DNA from: Pseudomonadales bacterium
GTDB taxonomy: Bacteria; Pseudomonadota; Gammaproteobacteria; Pseudomonadales; UBA7239
NCBI GenBank assembly: GCA_020443005.1
Contig: JAGRJA010000250.1
Coordinates: 1-40,088 of the forward strand
Direction of reading: 5' to 3'
Length of the DNA: 40,088 bases
Positions 35,053-40,088 of this stretch are shown piece by piece (position 1 is the stretch's first letter; each line of letters starts with the position of its first letter). Position numbers and translations under genes: made by a program. The notes beneath the pieces are model-generated. The model was not told where the DNA came from and ran no database searches. It worked only from the letters and a program-made list of their open reading frames with translations.

Positions 35053-35847
35053 TTAAAGACGACTCTCAAGCACCCCTGAAAAAAATTCAGCCGTTTCCTC
35101 AAGAAGCGGTTGAGCCCAGGGAATACGAACAAAGTCCTCCTGACTTACACCCCTCATTTTGTTCACATAACTTTCAAGTAAACCACAGAGTTTTTCAGAA
35201 GAAAAATCGCCATCAAGCCCCCTGTCAAGTGAAACACTGGAGATGGGGCTCTTGTTGCTCACTGTCATCGCCAGGTCAAGATGAGGAGGTGGTACAGCCA
35301 GCTGGCTGAAAGCCAAGGCTGCATCCTTGTGCTGAATGACACTGGGCAGCCTGCTGTTGCTATCGAGCCACTGACTGCTAACAGCATAATTATTCGTCAT
35401 GCAACGCCCATTCAAACCCCAGATAAAAACCGGATGTTGTTGATTCGGGCTACCTATATTAGCCGAACGCCAAAGTATTGCAGGAAGGGCTTCCTGATCA
35501 AGCTGACCCAGATGAACAGCAATATCGGGATCAATCCAGTCATCATCGTCAATAAACAAATAGTAGGCATTGGCCACAATCGGTATATTTTTATAGCCCT
35601 TGAAAGGGATAAAAAGTGTATTTGCTGCTTCTCTGATATTCTTCTCGGAAAGGTTTTTTAAGGCTTGCCTCACATTGCAATACGATATCTGAAAGGTCCT
35701 GTTCCACAGATGATAAAGTTTTTCAAGATAATTCAAGGGCTTGCCCCAAAGCCTACAAAAATCACGGGACTGTTGCAAAAAAGCGGTCTCGCTCATCCCC
35801 CCCCAATCAGGAGTTTGCCGCTGTACAACCACCACACTATTGCTCAT
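35053..35847 (-). CDS. Hypothetical protein (264 aa) with DDDD motif; contains G8 tract at codons 14-16
   Basis: The ORF starts 7 nt after the upstream gene stop. YYLFIDDDDWIDPD is reminiscent of a GT-A DxD motif, but no family is recognised. Confidence 0.5.
   Translation of the reverse strand: MSNSVVVVQRQTPDWGGMSETAFLQQSRDFCRLWGKPLNYLEKLYHLWNRTFQISYCNVRQALKNLSEKNIREAANTLFIPFKGYKNIPIVANAYYLFIDDDDWIDPDIAVHLGQLDQEALPAILWRSANIGSPNQQHPVFIWGLNGRCMTNNYAVSSQWLDSNSRLPSVIQHKDAALAFSQLAVPPPHLDLAMTVSNKSPISSVSLDRGLDGDFSSEKLCGLLESYVNKMRGVSQEDFVRIPWAQPLLEETAEFFSGVLESRL
35807..35814 (-). repeat. Homopolymeric G8 tract (C8 on + strand) near the 5' end of the 264-aa ORF
   Basis: Read directly: tgg ggg ggg atg (WGGM) on the minus strand. 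Confidence 0.9.
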
Positions 35848-35854
35848 CGGGCTG

Positions 35855-38071
35855 TCAGGAATTCATCACATCGTGAATAGGTTTGCGGGAGAGCTTTCTT
35901 TTTATTGTTCGTTGCAGCTCAAAGGGAATGAGACGAACCAGCGTTCTTATCACCGGCTTTTCCCGCAATAACAATAAAAATCTCAGCAACTTTTCACGCT
36001 TGCCAGGGTCGAGCACCTCCTGTTTTTCTCCATGCGGGAAAGAGAGAGTCCGCATCGTTTCCATATCAGAGGCAAGAGTCGACAAGTTTCTGGCAGAAGG
36101 CTGCGTGTCAACAATAAAGTCCTCGGCATAACGAAAAACAGCATCGCCCGATGCGCAATTGTCCCACACCGTTTGCTCGTAGCTGTGTTCAAGCATCCAT
36201 TCCCTCAGCTCAATGAAAGCATTTTTCCATTGCTCGGGTTCATCATTCCATCGACGAATATAACTCAATGGTCTGCCTGCGAGTCGCTCTTCAAAGGAAC
36301 CAAGATTTGATGCCATAATCGGCCTACCGGACTCGAGGGCAGAACTCAAAACATAGCAATAGGTTTCGGGCCACTGGGCCGGAAACCAAATCACATGAGG
36401 GTTAATCTGCTCGATCAGACCTTGAAGTTCATCATTTTTATAAGCACCGTGACTTGTAATCGTTTCACGCATGGGTTTATAGGCGTAACCGATCAAATGA
36501 AACTCCAGTCGATCCAGTGGGTCCCTATGGCACGCTGTATGCTCGAACTTATCTGCCCCCTTCTCGCGACTGACAGCACCTATCACTGCGATACGCAATT
36601 TTTCGTTTTCTGCAACAGGAACAACATAGGGTGCCGGATAGGATTTGATCATTTCGGCATCCGGATGGTAAGCAACTGTAATCGACAAATGAGGGAAATA
36701 ACTGTTATAGATTTGGGCGCACGCTTTACTGGGAGAAAAAATCCGCTTTGCACCGTCAAGCACGCTCCGACTAAAGACCTGCCAGGAAGAAAGTGAATAG
36801 CCCGTTGGCAAGGGATATGATTCAGCGCACTTTACAGGTCTGTCTTTTGGGTCTTCTACAAAAATCCCTTGCTTGTCGGTCAATGTCGGATTGGCATTGA
36901 TAAAATAATAGTCATGCAATGTCACATCATAAGGAAGTGCCAATATGCGGGGCAGCTCAAGCGCCTTTACGGGCATTCTCATGACATGATGGATATGTAT
37001 TCGTTCAACGCCAAGATAAACCAGCGTGTCGACGAGCAATGAGAAATCGCTCCTCATAGAAAAAAACAAATGCAGGTCAAAATGTCGTGCTGTAAAACAT
37101 AGCTCAAGACCTTCTTCGCCATTGGGCTTGAGCACCAGAATATTGATTTTATCCGAGAAAAAAGCCTGCATTTCATTGATATGGTTCTGGATACCACCGC
37201 CCATATCATGTGTCATAAACAGAATTGTTCTGCGGCTTTCTTCCGCAAGCATATCAAGCTGGATTTTTTGCCGTAAATGTCGGGCCGGATCTTGCTGAAT
37301 ATGCTCATGAACCAGACGGTGATAGTGGGGATATTTTTTATCGAGTATTTGCATGGCGTTTTCAACACGCTCAAGCTTCTCATGAGAAAAACTCACCCCT
37401 CCCTCATGAAACACAAACACATTCGTACACAAGGCATGCCGCAAGCCAACGGCCTCACACCTCAGACAAAAATCGTTTTCCTCACCATAACCTCGCCCAA
37501 AAGCCTCTTCATCAAAATAACCCACTTTTTTCAAAGCAGATCGCTTGATATACATACAGAATCCAACAGCGGTCGGCATAAAGATCGGTTCGGAAAAGTG
37601 GTATTTGGAAAAAAAACTGTCGATCTCGCTGACACTTTTATCCCCAACAAGCTCATTACTTTTACACAGCACCGGAAAACTGCAAATTTCAGCGTTATTG
37701 CTAAATGGGGTTACTGTCGCAATCGCATCGTCAGAGATGGCACATTCATACAATCGATCTAGCCAGTTATTGGCAACGATGGTATCGCTGTTAACAAGCA
37801 CAACATCCCTGTCCTCATGCAAGCGCATGCCTTTGTTAACCGTAGCCACAAACCCCAGATTTTGCTCATTCGTCAACAGGGTGAATTTTCCGGTATCCGC
37901 ATGCTCCATCAGGTAATCGGTCAGTTTCTGATTGGGCGAGCCATCATTGATAATGATAATCTCGCAATCATGTGCGTAATCCGATGCAAGAACCGAATCT
38001 ATACAGCGTACTGTCTGATCGAAACCATCATATACCGGAATAATTATATCGACGGGAGGGTTTACACTCAT
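35855..38071 (-). CDS. Bifunctional-looking glycosyltransferase (N-terminal GT2 domain, C-terminal GT1/GT4-like domain)
   Basis: N-terminus has VDIIIPVYDG, EIIIINDGSP, VLVNSDTIV and EENDFCLR. The middle has THDMGGGIQNH. The C-terminus has IAVIGAVSREKG...WPETYCYVLSSALESGRP (E-x7-E-like). ATGA overlap with the upstream gene. Confidence 0.8.
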   Translation of the reverse strand: MSVNPPVDIIIPVYDGFDQTVRCIDSVLASDYAHDCEIIIINDGSPNQKLTDYLMEHADTGKFTLLTNEQNLGFVATVNKGMRLHEDRDVVLVNSDTIVANNWLDRLYECAISDDAIATVTPFSNNAEICSFPVLCKSNELVGDKSVSEIDSFFSKYHFSEPIFMPTAVGFCMYIKRSALKKVGYFDEEAFGRGYGEENDFCLRCEAVGLRHALCTNVFVFHEGGVSFSHEKLERVENAMQILDKKYPHYHRLVHEHIQQDPARHLRQKIQLDMLAEESRRTILFMTHDMGGGIQNHINEMQAFFSDKINILVLKPNGEEGLELCFTARHFDLHLFFSMRSDFSLLVDTLVYLGVERIHIHHVMRMPVKALELPRILALPYDVTLHDYYFINANPTLTDKQGIFVEDPKDRPVKCAESYPLPTGYSLSSWQVFSRSVLDGAKRIFSPSKACAQIYNSYFPHLSITVAYHPDAEMIKSYPAPYVVPVAENEKLRIAVIGAVSREKGADKFEHTACHRDPLDRLEFHLIGYAYKPMRETITSHGAYKNDELQGLIEQINPHVIWFPAQWPETYCYVLSSALESGRPIMASNLGSFEERLAGRPLSYIRRWNDEPEQWKNAFIELREWMLEHSYEQTVWDNCASGDAVFRYAEDFIVDTQPSARNLSTLASDMETMRTLSFPHGEKQEVLDPGKREKLLRFLLLLREKPVIRTLVRLIPFELQRTIKRKLSRKPIHDVMNS

Positions 38072-39756
38072 GCTTCATTCCTGTTAAACAGTTTTTCCGC
38101 CAACCTTACCATCCTTAAAGAGCGCAAATTATTGAGATCACGAGAAAGAAATTCATTTTCCTGCCTGATTTTTTTTACATATTCGTGATGATCTTTCAGA
38201 ACACTTTGGAGACGCTGATTATTAACCTTGATACGGCTGAGAAGATCACTTTCAACCTCATCCAGTTCATTGATTCGATTGTGACATTTATCGATGTACT
38301 CTGCAGCGTTATCCAAATCCGTTTGCTTTTCCGCAATCATTTCGTCGAGTTCATGAATTCTCGCTTCACACAATGCAATGTAATCTGTATTTTGCCTAAT
38401 ATCTTTTTGCCGGTCCTCAAGTGCCTGTTCCAGCTCTGCAATATACCCTGTACACTGCTCTATATATTTTGAGTTGTGCTCCAGATCTTGTTGTCGCTTC
38501 AACAAAATACTATCGAGCTCTTCAATGCGGGCCTGACATTTCTCAATATAGGCGAGATTTTCAGCAAGTTTTTCTTCTCTATCTGATACGGCCAATTCGG
38601 CCTGTTCAAGACGCTCGGCCTTCAAACCAAGCTCAGACAAGAGCTTGTCCTGTTCACTGATTCTCTGCTCACAACGGGTAATATAATCAATATTCTGCTC
38701 GATTTTTCTTTCCCGATCCAGAACAGCCAATTCAGCCTGCTCAAGTCTTTCTGCCTTTACACCTAAATCCTTAAGCAACGCATCCTTTTGCTGAATCGTT
38801 TCCAGCGCCTTTTGATGGGATTCACCCAGATCACTCAGTGCCTGATTACATAATACAAAATTTTTCTGCGTGCCCTTCAGTGCAAGCCCGATACCCGTAG
38901 CGAGCAGGTTTTGCAAAGAAAAAAAACGCTCCTTTAATTTACTGAATTCATAACAAAATAATTCGTCTGTTAATGTGGGCGTTTTTGATTGCATCAACAA
39001 ATCATAAAATCGAACAGAAAGTTCAACAACTTCGTTTTCAGGTAAAACCTGCGCACAATTGTGTTTTTTCCTGCTATCTACAACTCTGCCAACAGCCTCT
39101 AAAAATTCTTCCTGAAGGATATCTTCTGCCAGGCCAAAATGATTCAACATCGTTTCAGCTGTTTGTTCAGAAGAAAGAATCAGCGAATCATAATCAATGA
39201 CAACACGATCATATGCCGATGAAAAATTGAGCAAATCGAACATGTAATACAACCAAAGCAGGTAGCAGTAACACTCATCAAACCCGTCCCTGCGCATGAT
39301 CGACGCAACCACCTCGGCAGGATGGCGTATTGCAATCAGTATCTTGGGAACCAGATTCAATCGTTTGAAAACATCGCCCCAGAAAGGCAGTAGACGACAG
39401 AACCTTGGGTCTTTAATCGCAACCCGCGATGCGCCCAGATGCTGTTCTCTGTACCAGTCTTCAGCAACACTAAGCAAGGTATTGTACTCGGCATCAACTG
39501 AAAGAGCCGGCTTCCCATCATTGAACAGACAACCTATATCAAACCAGCTTGTGGAGAGGAGCTCAAACAAACGCTCATTGATTGACATGACTTCCTGGTC
39601 TTCCCAAAAACCATCGTCATTAATATTTTCGATACCCTCAAGCAGGTTATTACCAAGTTCATAACCCTGCATTCCGAGTATTCGACATATCAGCGAAGTT
39701 CCGCTTCTATGCATCCCCGCTACAATAACAAGCTCGGAATCAATATCGTTCATCAT
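38068..39756 (-). CDS. Sulfotransferase fused to a C-terminal repeat coiled coil
   Basis: LVIVAGMHRSGTS loop at residues 9-21. Residues about 329-502 are heptad-rich repeats, each with YIxxC. Confidence 0.75.
   Translation of the reverse strand: MMNDIDSELVIVAGMHRSGTSLICRILGMQGYELGNNLLEGIENINDDGFWEDQEVMSINERLFELLSTSWFDIGCLFNDGKPALSVDAEYNTLLSVAEDWYREQHLGASRVAIKDPRFCRLLPFWGDVFKRLNLVPKILIAIRHPAEVVASIMRRDGFDECYCYLLWLYYMFDLLNFSSAYDRVVIDYDSLILSSEQTAETMLNHFGLAEDILQEEFLEAVGRVVDSRKKHNCAQVLPENEVVELSVRFYDLLMQSKTPTLTDELFCYEFSKLKERFFSLQNLLATGIGLALKGTQKNFVLCNQALSDLGESHQKALETIQQKDALLKDLGVKAERLEQAELAVLDRERKIEQNIDYITRCEQRISEQDKLLSELGLKAERLEQAELAVSDREEKLAENLAYIEKCQARIEELDSILLKRQQDLEHNSKYIEQCTGYIAELEQALEDRQKDIRQNTDYIALCEARIHELDEMIAEKQTDLDNAAEYIDKCHNRINELDEVESDLLSRIKVNNQRLQSVLKDHHEYVKKIRQENEFLSRDLNNLRSLRMVRLAEKLFNRNEA
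38251..38772 (-). repeat. Intragenic coding repeats (2 x LG[VL]KAERLEQAELAV units plus 5 x ~28-aa YIxxC units)
   Basis: aa 331-345 and 376-390 are near-identical. YITRC, YIEKC, YIEQC, YIALC and YIDKC recur at about 28-44-aa spacing. The nucleotide similarity is visible (38594-38655 vs 38730-38790). Confidence 0.8.
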
Positions 39757-39771
39757 TCAATTGTTTATCAG

Positions 39772-40088
39772 TTATTTAACTGGCTTGTATCCATAGTTTT
39801 CATAAAATGGTTGTGTGAGGTCCTGAACGAGTGCGATTTCTTTCGAATTAAGCAACTGCTTGTATTTGTTTTTTTCTTTATGTGTGTCAACACTGGAATA
39901 ATTCATGATTGAAGAATCCTCTCCAATAAATTCTAGAATTTTCTCGATATAGGGCTTTGGTTTTGCCACCATTGATTCATATTCAATTTCCAGCAGTCTG
40001 TCACCGTAATGTTTTTTGAACTCATCAATAATGATCATCGTTTCAGTCCAATAATTTATCCCGCCGATCACGCTGTGTTTTGCCATTA
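39772..40088 (-). CDS. Probable sulfotransferase, C-terminal part only (gene runs off the right edge)
   Basis: ...LLEIEYESMVAKPKPYIEKILEFIGED... resembles the C-terminal segment of sulfotransferases. No N-terminal PAPS loop is present, so the ATG at 40086 is probably internal. Confidence 0.5.
   Translation of the reverse strand, partial: MAKHSVIGGINYWTETMIIIDEFKKHYGDRLLEIEYESMVAKPKPYIEKILEFIGEDSSIMNYSSVDTHKEKNKYKQLLNSKEIALVQDLTQPFYENYGYKPVK

Noticed and set aside
36395-37916. Several 100-160-aa + strand ORFs
   Set aside because: All are antisense to the 738-aa glycosyltransferase gene, and none has a recognisable motif or SD.
1-40088. Search for mobile-element hallmarks (integrase, transposase, long inverted repeats, tRNA attachment sites), CRISPR arrays and rRNA/tRNA genes
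   Set aside because: No ORF shows recombinase or transposase motifs, and no cloverleaf-like or repeat-spacer structure was seen. Their absence is by eye only and should be confirmed with tRNAscan, Infernal and ISfinder-type searches.

Overview
40-kb chromosomal window. The synteny looks gammaproteobacterial (inference from fnr/anr-hemN-ccoNOQP-ccoGHIS, a holD-like gene upstream of rimI, and leuA). All family calls come from motif recognition by eye; no searches were run.

- **Left part (1-11.5 kb):** yajQ, an aldo/keto reductase, two cytochrome P450 genes (one in an operon with a BphC/HsaC-type extradiol dioxygenase), fnr, hemN, a secreted thrombospondin-type-3 plus FG-GAP repeat protein, a 112-aa orphan and a Yip1/YohC-like membrane protein.
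- **Middle (11.6-24.8 kb):** a complete cbb3 oxidase structural and assembly set (ccoNOQP, ccoGHIS) followed by a TauE/DsbD_2-like membrane protein with a His-rich tail. Then ompW, a small AT-rich orphan, the holD-like gene with rimI, and leuA.
- **Right part (25.2 kb to the edge):** a roughly 15-kb accessory tailoring locus, which I consider the most interesting region.
  - Five tandem, diverged paralogs of a GT-A-like protein in which the canonical GT2 acidic motifs are replaced.
  - At least three sulfotransferases, one fused to a Cys-bearing repeat coiled coil.
  - An intact 2OG-Fe(II) oxygenase next to a catalytically degenerate paralog and a Sel1-repeat protein.
  - A SAM methyltransferase, a GT2, and a GT2/GT4-like fusion.
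  - Two G/C homopolymer tracts (C9, G8) inside coding sequence.
  - No exporter, polymerase, initiating transferase or sugar-nucleotide genes are visible.
- **Second theme:** eight FNR-type boxes (TTGA[C/T]-N4-[G/A]TCAA) are spread over 20 kb around the fnr gene. Several sit in front of O2-requiring P450/dioxygenase genes.
- **Not seen:** rRNA, tRNA, CRISPR array, transposase or integrase.
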